A stretch of 64,000 nt of DNA from Flaccisagitta enflata (taxonomy: Eukaryota): NCBI GenBank assembly GCA_965153355.1, contig OZ231126.1, forward strand, positions 39,680,001 through 39,744,000. Reading direction: 5' to 3'. A program made the translations under genes and the position numbers. The first letter of the stretch is position 1. The number at the start of each line of letters is the position of its first letter. The notes beneath the pieces are model-generated. The model searched no databases, had not been told where the DNA came from, and was given only the letters and a program-made list of their open reading frames with translations. This document shows positions 44,911-59,192 of this stretch, piece by piece.

Positions 44911-45219
44911 TAGGGTGGTCACGAAATAGGGTCAAATTTCAAAAAATTATATACTCTTGTTTTTTGCATAAATGCACCAAAAAAAAGAAGGTTTTCCCAC
45001 AAGTAGAGGTCTGAATTTGAAGATTAAACCATGTCGGCAAAACTATAGGCTTCCTATGGCAATAGAAAAATCCCCATAGCAACCCTATAGTTTTGCCGAC
45101 AAGGTTTCTTGTTTGATTTCACACCCCAACTTCTGAGAAATCCTTCTTTTATTGGACATTTGTGCAAAGGGGTCAAGTATATCAATATATGAAATTTGAC
45201 CCAATTCGGGACCACCCTA
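44911..45219. mobile_element. hATm-type MITE (309 bp)
   Basis: CCATTGAG|TAGGGTGGTCACGAAATAGGGTCAAATTTC ... GAAATTTGACCCAATTCGGGACCACCCTA|CCATTGAG; 8-bp TSD. Confidence 0.92.
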
Positions 45220-45252
45220 CCATTGAGTAGTTTCTTTCGTTTACTCAAGCCG

Positions 45253-46975
45253 TTTTTAGTCGCGTGCACGCGACTCTACAACCCGCTCCGTCGGTCCGTC
45301 GGTCGGTCGGTCCGTCGGTCCGTCCGTCCGTAACACTTTGCTTTTTTTCGTCTTTTTGGGTTGTCTGGAGTTATTTTGAGTCATTTTTTTGTTGTTTTTG
45401 GGAATTATTGGTTGCTTTTAGTCATTTTTTGTTATTTTTGGTCATTTTGGTCATTTTGGTCATTTTGGTCATTTTGGTCATTTTGGTCATTTTTGGTCAT
45501 TTTTGGTCATTTTTGATTATTTTTGATTATTTTTGGTCATTTTTGGTCATTTTTGGTCATTTTTGGTCATTTTTGGTCATTTTTGGTCATTTTTGGTCAT
45601 TTTTGGTCATTTTTGGTCATTTTTGGTCATTTTTGGTCATTTTGGTCATTTTGGTCATTTTGGTCATTTTTGGTCGTTTTTGGTCATTTTTGGTCATTTT
45701 TGGTCATTTTTGGTCATTTTGGTCATTTTTGGTCATTTTTGGTCATTTTTGGTCATTTTGATCATTTTGATCATTTTTGTTCATTTTTGGTCAATTTTGG
45801 TCAATTTTGGTTATTTTTGGTCATTTTGGTCATTTTGGTCATTTTGGTCATTTTTGATCATTTTTGGTCATTTTTGGTCATTTTTGGTCGTTTTCGGTCG
45901 TTTTTGGTCATTTTTGTCATTTTTGGTCATCTTTGGTCATAAAGTCTGCTGGTTAAAGTCTGCTGGGTAAAGTCTGATGGTGAAAGTCTGCTGGTTTAAA
46001 TCTGCTGGTTTAAATCTGCTGGTTTAAGTCTGCTGGTTTAAATCTAATGGGTTAAGTCTGCTGGTTAAAGTCTGCTGGTTTAAGTCTGCTGGGTTAAGTC
46101 TGCTGGTTTAAGTCTGCTGGTTTAAATCTAATGGTTTAAGTCTGCTGGTCTAATGGTTTAAGTCTGCTGGTTTAAGTCTGCTGGTTAAAATGATATTAAA
46201 GATAAGTATGGTTTAAGTCTGGTTTAAGTCTGGTTTAAGTCTGGTTGAAGTATGGTTTAAGCATGGTTTAAGTCTGGTTAAGTCTGGTTTAAGTCTGGTT
46301 TAAGTCTGGTTTAAGACTGGTTCATGTCTGATTTATGTCTGGTTTAGGTCTGGGTTAGGTCTGGTTTAGGTCTGGTGTATGTCTGGTTTTTGTCTGGTTT
46401 ATGTTTGATTTAGGTCTGATTTAGGTCTGGTTTTGGTCTGGTTTTGGTCTGGTTTTGGTTTGGTTTCATTCTGGTTTGAGTCTGGTTTGAGTCTGGTTTG
46501 AGTCTGGTTTGAGTCTGGTTTGAGTCTGGTTTGATTCTGGTTTGAGCCTGGTTTGAGCCTGGTTTGAGCCTGGTTTGAGCCTGGTTTGAGCCTGGTTTGA
46601 GCCTGGTTTAAGTCTGGTTTAAGTCTGGTTTGAGTCTGGTTTGAGTCTGGTTTAAGTCTGGTTTGAGACTGGTTTGAGTCTGGTTTGAGTCTGGATTGAG
46701 TCTGGTTTGAGTCTGGTTTGAGTCTGGCTTAAATCTGGTTTATGTCTGGTTTATGTCTGGTTTATGTCTGGTTTATGTCTGATTTAGGTCTGTTTTTGGT
46801 CTGGTTTAATTTTGGTTTGAGTCTCGTTTGAGTCTGGTTTAAGTCTTGTTTGAGTCTGGTTTCGGTCTGTTTTGGGTTGCGTTTAAGTCTGATTTTCGAT
46901 AAAAAGATACAATAAGGAGTCAGGTCAGTTCAGTTATTTTTGTCCTGCACGCGACTTATAGGTGTTGGCCTTGTT
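45253..46975 (+). mobile_element. HINE family 1 element with expanded internal satellite arrays (9/10-mer TTTT(T)GGTCA, 14-mer AAGTCTGCTGGTTT, 11-mer (A/G)AGTCTGGTTT)
   Basis: Intact HINE ends (TTTTTAGTCGCGTGCACGCGACT ... GCACGCGACTTATAGGTGTTGGCCTTGTT) enclose three consecutive arrays. Confidence 0.8.
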
Positions 46976-47610
46976 TGTTCTTAAATTCGTTTTCCACACA
47001 AAGTAAAAATATTTGTCCTTTCCAGTTGAAAACTTCATCACAAATTCTCCATTTTTTGGAAATCCCATTTAAAGTCCTTTTTTGGCTCTCTTTAGCTCTC
47101 TGTTGGCCTTTTTGCCGCGGATTTACTACTAATAACGACTGCGTGAAAAAGCTTTCAAAATCTTCAAAGCCTTTCCCTTTCCGTTGCACGTAGGACTCAA
47201 TATCACATAAGTTCGTAACGCACACTGGCATTACTTTTGGTGATATCTGTTGTTACGGAAATAAGTTGTAAAAGAATGAAACCTCGATGAAGATACTTAT
47301 GCGGGGATTTTGCGTGTTTGACTCGATGGGTGGCGGGACTGGACGAGTCCACTGAGGATAGAATATATATACTAGTTTACAGGTTATGTTCCGGGTGGTC
47401 AATAATCATGGTGGTGAGGGTGTCAACGTAAAGGGAGACAAACAAATATATCACTAAACACAGTACATTACATTCAAACTAAAAGTAGTCTCACTCTCTC
47501 TTTCTCTTTCTTTTTCTCTTTTTTCTTGCTCTTTCTCTTTCTCTCTTTGCTCATTCGCTTTCTCTTTCTCTTTCTCTCTCTCCCTCTCCCTCTCCCTCTC
47601 TAATGATGAC

Positions 47611-48050
<440 letters not shown>

Positions 48051-49027
48051 AATTTTTTTGAAAAATCAAAAGACTGCATCACGCTATCCCCACTTAAATT
48101 CACCTTTCTAGGGCTCAGTTTAACGACAATGAATTTATTACATGTTTCTGTGACTTTGTGTCTTTTCCCAGTCGACTCAAACTGTGAACAAAGATATCTA
48201 CTTCCACTACAGTGGAGCACCGTTACAGCCCACTCGTCGTTAAGACATGATTAACACGGATATTGGATGAGGTAGAAAATTTCGTTTACCTTTTGAGGTT
48301 TCCCATTCAAGACATGAGCAATGATAACCCATTCACACTCATCGTGATTATCCAGACACAATCTAAACACATTTATTGTGCTTCTCCAGACACAGTCCAA
48401 AAGCGTTTTCTTTCTTTCTTTCTGCCAACGTTGACTCGTTTTGAGTTTTCGCCTCATTTGGGGACGATTCATTAACTCACTCCACTTTATCACTCATCTG
48501 GGTTGTCACACTCCTCCTCCTCGGCCTCCTCTTACTCCTCCTCCTCATCCGTCCGGCGTCCACTTCTTCCGCCATCCTCATCTCCCGACTTCATCTATCA
48601 TCTCCGTTCTCATTCTCACAGAATCCCAGTCATTAAAGAATGAATATGAAAGTCATTATCATAGCAACGCTCGTTTATTTTCAACATCATTTAAGCTCTC
48701 TCTACAATTCCCTCCATTGACTTTGTTATTCCGCTGACACTCTTTTTCAGTCCCCTACATGCCATGTACATGGTATTCGCAAATTCTGCTCCATCACGTT
48801 CATCAATGATTTTCCATAGAATCGCCTAATCTAAAAACAAAACGCTATCGGTACTTAATTTTCTCTTTTTGGAAAAAGTTATTTTCCGCCTCACGTTCTA
48901 AACATCAAGGAATTTTTCTCGCTTTTGACAAAAGTTTCGTCGCCTGAAAACGCAAAAAAAAAAACAAAATACAAACAACAAAACAAAACAAAAAACAAAA
49001 AGAAAAAAATCAACAACAACAACAAGC

Positions 49028-49776
49028 ATGGCACCTTTTTTACTCGAGGACCAAATGTCTCTATCCATCGACTCTACCTTGGCCTTGCCCGTAAATGATT
49101 CAAAAGCGAAGAATACAGCTAGAAAAGTCACTTTTCTTGAATCTGCCATCGACAAAGAGATCCATCACGATAGCAAATCCGTCACTTCAAGCAATATTAC
49201 TGCAACCTCCGTCTCAAATGACGATTCTCCTTTCTTTACCCAACCACGAAAGGAAAAGGCCGTCGCAGGAACACCAGCAGCAGCAGCAACAACAGTAACA
49301 GCATCTGCAAGGGCCACAGCGAGAGGGATCAACGTTGCTTCCTCAACGCCGGGGACGAGAAAGCGGGAAGTTGCTGTTCCCCTAAGTTATGTGGCAAACG
49401 CCGTTGCCGGTCATAAGAAGTCTTCTTCTACCACTTCACCGCGAATATTCTCCACGTCGTTCTTCACGTCTGCAGCAACTTCAGCCGATTATGACGCCGC
49501 AGCGCAAAAAGCGAAAGCCATATTGACCGCGTTTAAGGGTGAACCGAATTATGGTCCGAAGAAAGAATGGAAAATGAAATCGAAGACGGAAGACGATGGC
49601 GTATCCTCCTCCGCGAGCGCGCTTACCATGGCGGCCTCCGCGGCTTTGAAATCGTTTGGTTTCGAAGCGGCTGCCGTAGAATCGAGGCCAATGCAAGAAG
49701 TGAAATCAGCTGCGTTGGACGAGACGCAGTTGGAAAGAAAAGCCGCATCCTTACTTTGGAGGCACGCTTACTTGGG
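49028..49776 (+). CDS. Probable first coding exon of an unidentified protein (Ser/Thr/Ala-rich, likely disordered)
   Basis: 250-codon non-repetitive GC-elevated ORF, ATG context AAGCATGG, ending at a consensus donor GG|GTAAGT (49776/49777). Downstream exons not identified. Confidence 0.6.
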
Positions 49777-50192
49777 GTAAGTTTTCTAACACGCCCTCTG
49801 AAATAAATGGAATAGGGCTATATAGGGCCTTTTGAATTCTAACCGACTGGTAAATACGCGTATCAGTCGTAGTTCTTAAAAAAAACACACTGAAAAACCG
49901 TCCTTGATTTAACCCAGATATCCATTTTACTTTAAACGTCAGAACTCTTTAACTTATAAATAGATGTTGTTGATGAACAGTTTAAGGGAATCATGGATGG
50001 ATGGATGGATGGATGGATGGATGGATGGATGGATAGATGGGCGGATGGATAGATGGTTGGAGAAGTGGATGGAGATTCATCTGCATCTTGCGACGCGTCT
50101 TCTCAAACACGTTTTGACGACTGAAACTTATTCCAACGTCGTAAAGCAGTTGGCGTTAATTCCTTTGGTCATTTGTTTTCATTTGTGGAGCG

Positions 50193-50271
<79 letters not shown>

Positions 50272-50401
50272 CGATACAGAGAATCAGAGAGGTAGAGTGA
50301 GAGTGAGACCAAGAATGAGAAGATTGAGTGGAGACAAAGAGGAGGAAGTCGAAAATGAGGATTTATGACGGCGCGAAATGGACGAGACGCGGACGGGAAG
50401 T

Positions 50402-51530
50402 TGTTCGCAGCATCTGCAGTCCCATGCTACACGACTTTACAAGTCACTTTCATCGTCCATCCGTCGCTCAGCCTACTCATATGGTTCACAGCATCTGCAG
50501 TACCAGGCTACACGACTATACAAGTCACTTTCATCGTCCATCCGTCAATCAGCCTACTCATATGGCTCGCAGCATCTGCAGTTCCATGCTACACGACTAC
50601 ACAAGTCACTTTCATCGTCCATCCGTCGATCAGCCTACTCACATGGTTCGCAGCATCTGCAGTCCCATGCTACACGACTACACAAGTCACTTTCATCGTC
50701 CATCCGTCGATCAGCCTACTCACATGGTTCGCAGCATCTGCAGTCCCATGCTACACGACTACACAAGTCACTTTCATCGTCCATCCGTCGATCAGCCTAC
50801 TCACATGGTTCGCAGCATCTGCAGTCCCATGCTACACGACTACACAAGTCACTTTCATCGTCCATCCGTCGATCAGCCTACTCACATGGTTCGCAGCATC
50901 TGCAGTCCCAGGCTACACGACTACACGAGTCACTTTCATCGTCCATCCATCGATCAGTCTACTCATATGGTTTGCAGCATCTGCAGTCCCAGGCTACCCG
51001 ACTTTACAAGTCACTTTCATCGTCCATCTGTCAATCAGTATACTCATATGGTTCGCAGCATCTGCAGTCCCAGGCTACACTACTTTACAAGTCACTTTCA
51101 TCGTCCATCCGTCAATCAGTCTACTCATATGGTTTGCAGCATCTGCAGTCCCAGGCTACCCGACTTTACAAGTCACTTTCATCGTCCATCTGTCAATCAG
51201 TCTACTCATATGGTTCGCAGCATCTGCAGTCCCAGGCTACACGACTTTACAAGTCACTTTCATCGTCCATCCGGCGATCAGCCTACTCATATGGTTCGCA
51301 GCATCTGCAGTCCCACGCTAAATGACTACACAAGTCACTTTCATCGTCCATCCGGCGATCAGCCTACTCATATGGTTCGCAGCATCTGCAGTCCCAGGCT
51401 ACACGACTTTACAAGTCACTTTCATCGTCCATCCGGCGATCAGCCTACTCATATGGTTCGCAGCATCTGCAGTCCCACGCTAAACGACTACACAAGTCAC
51501 TTTCATCGTCCATCCGGCGATCAGCCTACC
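50402..51530 (+). repeat. 81-bp minisatellite, ~14 copies
   Basis: Unit GGTTCGCAGCATCTGCAGTCCCA(T/G)GCTACACGACT...CAGCCTACTCA(C/T)AT; 27-aa periodicity in all three forward frames. Confidence 0.95.
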
Positions 51531-52275
51531 ATGTGTCTACTCATGTGGTAAATAGGTCTGTTGGTCAGTCCTTCGGCCCATTGGCCGGTCCAACAAAAAT
51601 GTTCGTCTTTCGAGTCGTTTGTTGTCCTGGTGCTGAGGACCACCGAATTTAGATTTTAAGGTCCACGTCCAACTACTGTCAAAATTGAATGCTTTAGTTT
51701 TATTTTTCGTCCTTTTATTTTTCTACTTATTAAGTTGTTTGGGTGAATTAAGGGCGTTGGTGACGAGCAGGGGAAATATACTTTTTCAACAGGCCAAGAT
51801 GAGAACTGTTTAGGTTGTCTAGGTGGATTTAGGGGGTTGTTGACGAGCTGGTGAAATAAACTTTGTCAAGAGGCCAAAATAAGAACTGTGTAGGTGGATT
51901 TAGGGGGTGTGTGACGAGCTGGTCAAATAAACCTCGTCGAGTGGCCAAAATAAGCACCGTGCGTGATATTGCCGCGCCTCTAATTCGGTAGGTGGGATGG
52001 CTCTGGTATTTGAATTGTAATTTGGAAGTGAGAGGGGAAGCGGAAGCGGAAGCGGAAGCAGAAGCGGAAGCGGAAGCGTGGCCCGTTGGAGCGACACAAA
52101 TAAACCACTTCCGCTTCCGCGGCTCAAGACATTGAAACGTTGAGAGTAACTTTTCTTTTAAGAAAATTCAAATCCATTCTTTTGTTAAAACTTTTCCCAT
52201 TTGCATCGAAAAGTAGTTAAACAAAACATCAAGAATAATCCGGCAGTAGTTTCAGCGCAACATTCGCGTCACCAC

Positions 52276-52467
<192 letters not shown>

Positions 52468-53490
52468 CCTAGTCAGTAGTCACGCGACTCGGTTTCATTC
52501 ACGCGGCGTTTGTTGAGAACTTTGGATCAGTTGGAAGACTCACAAGCTGCCATTCAAGCAAAAGAAACCATTTAGCCAAAATGATCTTCATATCTACCAA
52601 TCTCGATCTGTTTTTTTTTAGCTTACATTCTGCTCAACTGGTTTACTCATCTGCCAATCAAAAAATTTGATTTCATCTCATCTACTAAACTGGTTTCCTC
52701 AGCCAAATTGGTTTCTCATCTGCTGTTCAGTCCTAATAGTTTTTCCATTTGCCGTTTTTTTTCATCTTCCATGAAGCGTTGTTCTTACTCACTTGCTTGG
52801 ACGATTTTCTTTTTCTGTCTTTTTTCTATTCCTCTTTTTTCCTTTTTCCCGTTTTTAGATGCGTCCTCGCATCTCTATAAGAGGGTCTATCCGTCTGTCC
52901 GTCCGTCCATCGGTCGGTCCGTCCGTCCGTTACGCCTCCTTGAAAATCGCAGTTTTTGGCACTTTTCAGCCGCGAGGATATCATGTGACGCACTGAAAAT
53001 TACCATAGAATTCGCTACCCAAGCCAGATGAATCATGATTTTCATAACATCAAATATGATGCAATTTTTTGCTTGGGTGTCATCAATTAACATGTCAATA
53101 GATACATTTTGCATGAAATGACTTAAATAAGTCAGTTCAAGTCTTGAATCATGTATTTTCCGGTCGAAAAACTAGACAAAATACATTAAAAATCTCACTT
53201 TGTTAATGTACCATGACCTACACAGAATTCCAAATTTGCATAGAAAATCAAAATCTCAACAAAATAAGAACATAGCGCGATCCCTAACTCAGTTACTGAG
53301 CGCGCTATGTTCTTCTTTCAAGGAAATTTTGATTTTCTATGCAAATTTGGAATTCTGTGTAAGCTTAAAACAAGGACAACCCTTTACCCGCGTGCGGTTG
53401 TTAAGATCATTAGACCAAAAGACTAAAAGACCAAAAGACTAAGAGACCAAATGTAAATTGACCTAAATGTACATTTGATTACTTAAAATG

Positions 53491-54188
53491 GGGCATCCTC
53501 TTAATCACGAATTTCGTGCTTAAGTTAAAATTTTTTCCACTGAAGCACACCTTAGTGCTTCAGTGGAATGAAGATTAACTAGGGCTTTTTGCAATTCGAG
53601 CTTCAGTGGAAATGTAAGTAACTGATTTTGACACAGAAAAAAACTCCTTTCCTTTCATCTCTTTCTATTTCTCCTCTATTTTTTTCATCTCTCCCTTTTT
53701 CTCCTTTTGATATCAAAAAGAAAATCTTTTTTTTTACATTTTCATAGTTTTCATCATTTTGAAGAAAACACAGTGGCATGTAAGAAAACTTAATTTCCAA
53801 AAAAAAAAAAAAGAAATATCTATTGGAGAAGAATAAACATTGGAAAAGATTCTATGATAAAACAAAAAGAATAATCTGAAATAAAAAAATGTATAAAGAT
53901 ATTCATAGATGAAAATTTAGAAAAAGAAAAGAAAAGAACAATTCTGAATAAAAAAAAAAAAAAAAGTTCCTTATTCTACTAAAATGTTGCAACCAATCAA
54001 AAAAACCCTTAGTGACTTTTTATTTCATTGTGGTAAAAAAAGGTCAATTGCAGTATGAAAAGAGGTCAAGAGTCAATCCACTGAAGCACGAATTCCAATT
54101 CCACTGAAGCACGAGGTCGTGCTTCAGTGGAATGGGCCTTGACTGGCCTAATTTCCAGCCCAGAGTTCGTGCTTCAATGAATAGGCCC
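53491..54188. mobile_element. MITE with 8-9-bp TSD (Mutator/Merlin-like), inserted in a HINE (53368-54319)
   Basis: (C)TTAAAATG flanks both ends; GGGC...GCCC termini; palindromic CACTGAAGCAC...GTGCTTCAGTG blocks near both ends. Confidence 0.65.
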
Positions 54189-54948
54189 TTAAAATGACCT
54201 AAAATTGCGTAAATCGACAAAAAAAAGATAAGAGTTACGGACGGACGGACGGACGGACGGACGGACGGACCGACAGACGGACAGAGTAGGTTGTAGAGTC
54301 GGGTGCACGCGACTAAAAATCGATTGTCACTTATTTCTCCACTTCTTCTCAACTTCATGGTCGCATTTCCTTCATTCCTTTTTCCCATTCTATCATTTGG
54401 CAATAACAGACCATTTCTCTCATGTAATTAAACATACTAAAGTTTGAAAAAAATAATGCAGATATTGATAACATGGAGATACTAATGCAATTAGTTAGTT
54501 TGTCCTACGGGTAAAGTCTTCTATCTTTAGTTTCAATGCGTCATGTATCAAATCATTAGGATATTTTAAGAGCCTCCTTCGATACTATGTCTTCATCTGT
54601 CTGTCCGTCCAAGTCTAGCGCCAAAGTCAATACACGCAGAGACACAGTCAGGACGCATCGTTGCCTGATCGGGCTTGTTTTTATAAGCTTCAAAAATCAC
54701 ATTTCGTGTTGAATTTCTTTGGCAGACAATTCACCGAAACCTCTTTTTTTTTCATTTTTGACTGCCAATGATAAAGTCACTCATATTAAACTAGGCGTTG
54801 AATTTATAATCATAAAGTGTGTCGAATTTTTAATTGATGACGACATTTGAGGATGAGGTTAAAGGATTAATTGATGACGTAGGAGAATCCCAGTTGTGAG
54901 TTCAATCAATTACGTACAACGCAGAGGCGTCATTCAATCTTCAATTGG

Positions 54949-55037
<89 letters not shown>

Positions 55038-55182
55038 TGCCCATGAGAAAACCAAAAAGATTCGGCTCGTTTTCCGAAGCACTCTCCCACCATTTTTTCT
55101 CCCATTTTTCTTCTTTTTTTTCTTTTTGCACTAAAACATGATGGTAGGGCAAGCACAGTGATGCAACCTAGGCCGCACAATA

Positions 55183-55773
55183 CTATCTGGGCGGAAAAAA
55201 TCTTTCGGTATGTTTACATGCATATCTCAGTTTAGAATCAACAAATCATCAAAAAATTGGTAAGTCAATTAAAGCCCTTCAAATTTGCAAGAGATTAACG
55301 CTAACCGCATCCCTCTAGCTCTATGCGTTTAAGAGCTATTTAACTTTGACTGATATACTTCAGTTTCACTTTTGCCATTTCTACACAATCTTCTGATGTT
55401 ATCTTTTCACTCTTTTTTTAATTTATTCTGAACGCATTGAGCTAGACAGATGCGGTTTGCGTGGGCTGCTTGAAAATTTGAAGGGCTTCATTTATGTCAC
55501 CAATTTTTTGATGATTTGATGATTCTTTTGAAAGCTGTGTGTCTTAATGTAGCAAAAAAATAGATAAAAAAATTCACAAGAAAGGTTTGGCAAACCTTCA
55601 CTCCTGAGTACCTCGAACAGCTTTACATGTCGCTTCCAAAACAAATGGCTGCCCTGATTCAGTCCTAGGGAGCTTAAACTAATTATCTATGGATTTGCAA
55701 TTGATATGTATTCATCTTTACACCAATGAATACAATTTTGTTACAGGACGAAAGATTTTTTCCGCCTAGATAG
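55183..55773. mobile_element. Tc1/mariner-type MITE
   Basis: TA|CTATCTGGGCGGAAAAAATCTTTCG ... CGAAAGATTTTTTCCGCCTAGATAG|TA plus a second internal inverted repeat. Confidence 0.85.
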
Positions 55774-56574
55774 TAAGATTATCGATTCTTACATCGTTGG
55801 GTCATGAGAACTATGTATCTATTCATAAGCATTTTGTACGGCGCTTTTCTGGTCCAAACATTTATGACCATTAACCAACAATTCTATAAGTTTATTCAAC
55901 CAAAATCAATATCCAAAAAATATCTAGTTGCTTTATTTCTACGTTGTTGTTTATAGTTTTTGTTTCGGAAGGGGGGGGGTGGGAGGGGGAGGGGTGGAGC
56001 CCTTTTTAATGGCGATCCTTTTTTATGATAGAAGAAAAATGGCGATCCTTTTTTATGATAGAAGAAAAACTACCAAAATGACCAATAATTTATAAAAATC
56101 GCCTATGTTCCACCCGCCTGTGTCAAGCTTCGTCAGGGACTCAGGGTACAACACCTAATGTGAAATTGTCGAAGAGTGAAGTGGTCTGGAGCTCTGGAAT
56201 TTTGTCCCATACTTTTCCTTCGTGCGGATTTTCTTCCTTTTAGGGGACGAAGCAGCGCGAGCGTTCTGACCAATTTTCAATTTATGTATGGGACCAATCT
56301 TATTGGGTTCCGATGCTCTTAGTTTTGAAGGAAGAACCGTCTGCTGTATTCAGTTGAATCTCCGGCCTACTCCAGCCCTGTCTGAAGCACGATCCACCAC
56401 AATCCAGCACAATCTCAAGTCTACAGATCGACTTTGTCGAAGATACACTGAAGGCTTTGTAGCGAAAAAATTTCGTGAGAGCAAGTGCAAGAACAAGAAC
56501 GAGAAGATGTGAAGTGAAGAAGTTTGATTTTGATTCAATCTGCTCCGCCAAATATTTTACGAATCTTCGTCTCC

Positions 56575-56633
56575 AACAAAAACAAAAAACAAAAACAAAA
56601 ACAAAAACAAAAACAAAAACAAAAACAAAAACA

Positions 56634-56664
<31 letters not shown>

Positions 56665-56815
56665 CAAAACAAAACAAAAAACAAAAAACAAAAAACAAAA
56701 AACAAAAAACAAAAAACAAAAACAAAAACAAAAACACACAAAAACAAAAACAAAAACAAAAACAAAAACACAAAAACAAAAACAAAAACAAAAAAAAACA
56801 AAAACAAAAACAAAC
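56575..56815 (+). repeat. (CAAAA[A])n simple repeat
   Basis: Directly visible. Confidence 0.95.
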
Positions 56816-57039
56816 CTGAATTTTCCAACGAGCCGAAAATGCCTAGTCTCTGAGCGTTTTTTTATTGTGGCTGAAACATGTGCAGGATTTTGTACGTTTT
56901 ATTCACACTCGCTTTCATGCATGATCATATCTGTCCAATCTGTACAATTTTGATTCTCTACGTGTTCGTTCACAATCGGGCTATAAAAAGAGTGCTTGGA
57001 TTCCTTAACGCACAGGAAGGTGCACTTTCCAGCGCGTCT

Positions 57040-57520
57040 GAATGTGAGCTCTTGTGCGTGCTCTTTTGCATGCTTTTCAGCACGTGCTTTTTCATTCAGG
57101 ATCAAGTCTGTGCTTTTTTTCTTGCTCTTGGGCGTGTTTCACGTCAAGGCTCAATTTTTTTGCTCTTTTTCGTGCTCCTGTGCGTGTGCATCTAAGATCA
57201 AGTTTGTGCCCTAGTGCGCGTGCCTTCGCGTCTGGGCTCTTGTGCTCTTATGTGTGTGCATTGTGTCTAGGATCATGTTCGTGCTCTTGTATATGTGCTT
57301 TTGCGTTGAGGATCATGTTTGTGCTCTTGTACATGTGCTTTTGCATAGAGGATTATGTTTGTGCTCTTGTGCATGTGCTTTTGCATCTGGGATATAGTTT
57401 GTTATATGGTGCGTGTGCTTTCTCGTCGTGGATCAAGTTCATGCTCTTGTGCATGTGGCTTTGCGTCTAGGATAGAGTTCATGCTCTTGTGCGTGTGTTT
57501 TTGCGTCTAGGATCATGTTC
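57040..57520 (+). repeat. Degenerate 40-bp minisatellite (GATCATGTTCGTGCTCTTGT..ATGTGCTTTTGC.TCTAG)
   Basis: GTGCTCTTGT recurs with ~40-bp period (57241, 57281, 57321, 57361...). Confidence 0.85.
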
Positions 57521-57757
57521 ACCTAATTTTCTCTTTCAATTGATTTGTTTTATCCTGAAACTCATTGATCTGATTTCACCAGTGTCATATATTTTTTCCT
57601 ACCTTTCTTCCTCTTCATCTCGCTGGCGGCCTTTTAATCGTTTTCGTTTTCGAATTCTAATCATTCGTCTGACTTACATAAATTTTCTTTCACTCAGCGC
57701 TAACCGTCCTAATCACTGCACTTCATTGCGCAATTGAATGAATTTACAGTACATTTA

Positions 57758-59192
57758 AAACAAGGCCAACACCTATAAGTCGCGTGCGAGACATAAAAAA
57801 CTGAATTGACCTGACTGCTTATTATATTGTATCTTTTTAATCAACATGACTGAATAGGGAGAAATATAACAAGGCCGGATACACGGCCAATACCAGTTGC
57901 GGACGGGTGGGCAGGGGCGGAAATGCGCATTTTCACACTTTCCAACTCAATCACCACGGACCGACGGACCATCGGACAGACGGACGGACGGACCAACGGA
58001 CGGATGGACGAACGGACGGACAAAGCCTCTTATAGAGTTGCGTGTCCGCAACTAAAAAATTAATAAAATGATTTAGTTGACTAGATTGACATGAATGAAT
58101 TGATGAATAAATCAGCTTAATGAGGTATTGGAGGCCATGGAAACCCACCCAATTACAGGCCGGGACCACTAGAAAAAGTGGTGACTTGTAATTGAGTCAA
58201 ATTAATCAACTCTATCAACCCAATCAATGAAAAATGACTAAACCAGACTTTGACCAGCAGACTTTAACCAGCAGACCTTAACCAGCAGACTTTAACCAGC
58301 AGACTTAAACCAGCAGACTTAAACCAGCAGACTTAAACCAGCAGACTTAAACCAGCAGACTTAAACCAGCAGACTTAAACCAGCAGACTTAAACCAGCAG
58401 ACTTAAACCAGCAGACTTAAACCAGCAGACTTAAACCAACAGACTTAAACCAGCATACTTAAACCAGCAGACTTAAACCGGCAGACTTATATCAGCAAAC
58501 TTAAACCAGCAGATTTAAACCAGCAGACTTAAACCAGCAGACTTAAACCAGCCAACATAAACCAGCCGACTTAAACCAGCCGACTTAAACCAGCAGACTT
58601 AAACCAGCAGACTTAAACCAGCAGACTTAAACCAGCAGACTTAAACCAGCAGACTTAAACCAGCAGACTTAACCCAGCAGACTTGAAATGACATAAATGA
58701 CCAAAACATACCAAAAAACATAAATGACCAAAACATACCAAAAAACATAAATGACCACAAAACCAAAAAAAAAACAAAAAAAAACAAACCAAAAAACCAA
58801 AAAACCAAAAAACCAAAAACCAAAAACCAAGAAACCAACAAACATGAATGACCAAAACATACCAAAAAACCATGTTAAATGACCAAAAATGACCTGAAAT
58901 GTCACAAAATGACTTAAAATGACTTAAAACTACTTCAAATGCCCAAAAACGAAACAAATGACTTAAATGATCAAAGTGACGTAAATGATCAAAAATGACC
59001 AAAAATGACTAAAAGCAACCAAAAATGACCAAAAGCGACCAAGAACAACAAAACAACGACTCAAAATAACACCAGACGACCTTAAATGACCAAAAACGAC
59101 GCAAAATAGCAAAGTGTTACCGACAGACCGACCGATGGACGGATGGACCGACCGACGGAGCGGATTGTAGAGTCACGTGCACGCGACTAAAA
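57758..59192 (-). mobile_element. HINE of the same subfamily as 45253-46975, with a ~30-copy 14-mer array and a nested HINE at 57868-58058
   Basis: Its ends are reverse complements of those of the 45-47 kb copy; (AAACCAGCAGACTT)n at ~58250-58685. Confidence 0.78.

Noticed and set aside
45264-45970. ORFs with FGHFWSFLVI repeats and other poly-RE/SL/M/I/K ORFs across the window
   Set aside because: Translations of micro- and minisatellites.
50328-51551. Three 315-407-aa ORFs with 27-aa repeats, or a CRISPR-like array
   Set aside because: The 81-bp unit happens to be stop-free in all frames; there are no unique spacers and no cas genes.
56240-56575. Coding-looking segment as exon 2 of the 49028 gene
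   Set aside because: The phase-compatible frame stops after ~25 codons and no frame gives a recognisable product.
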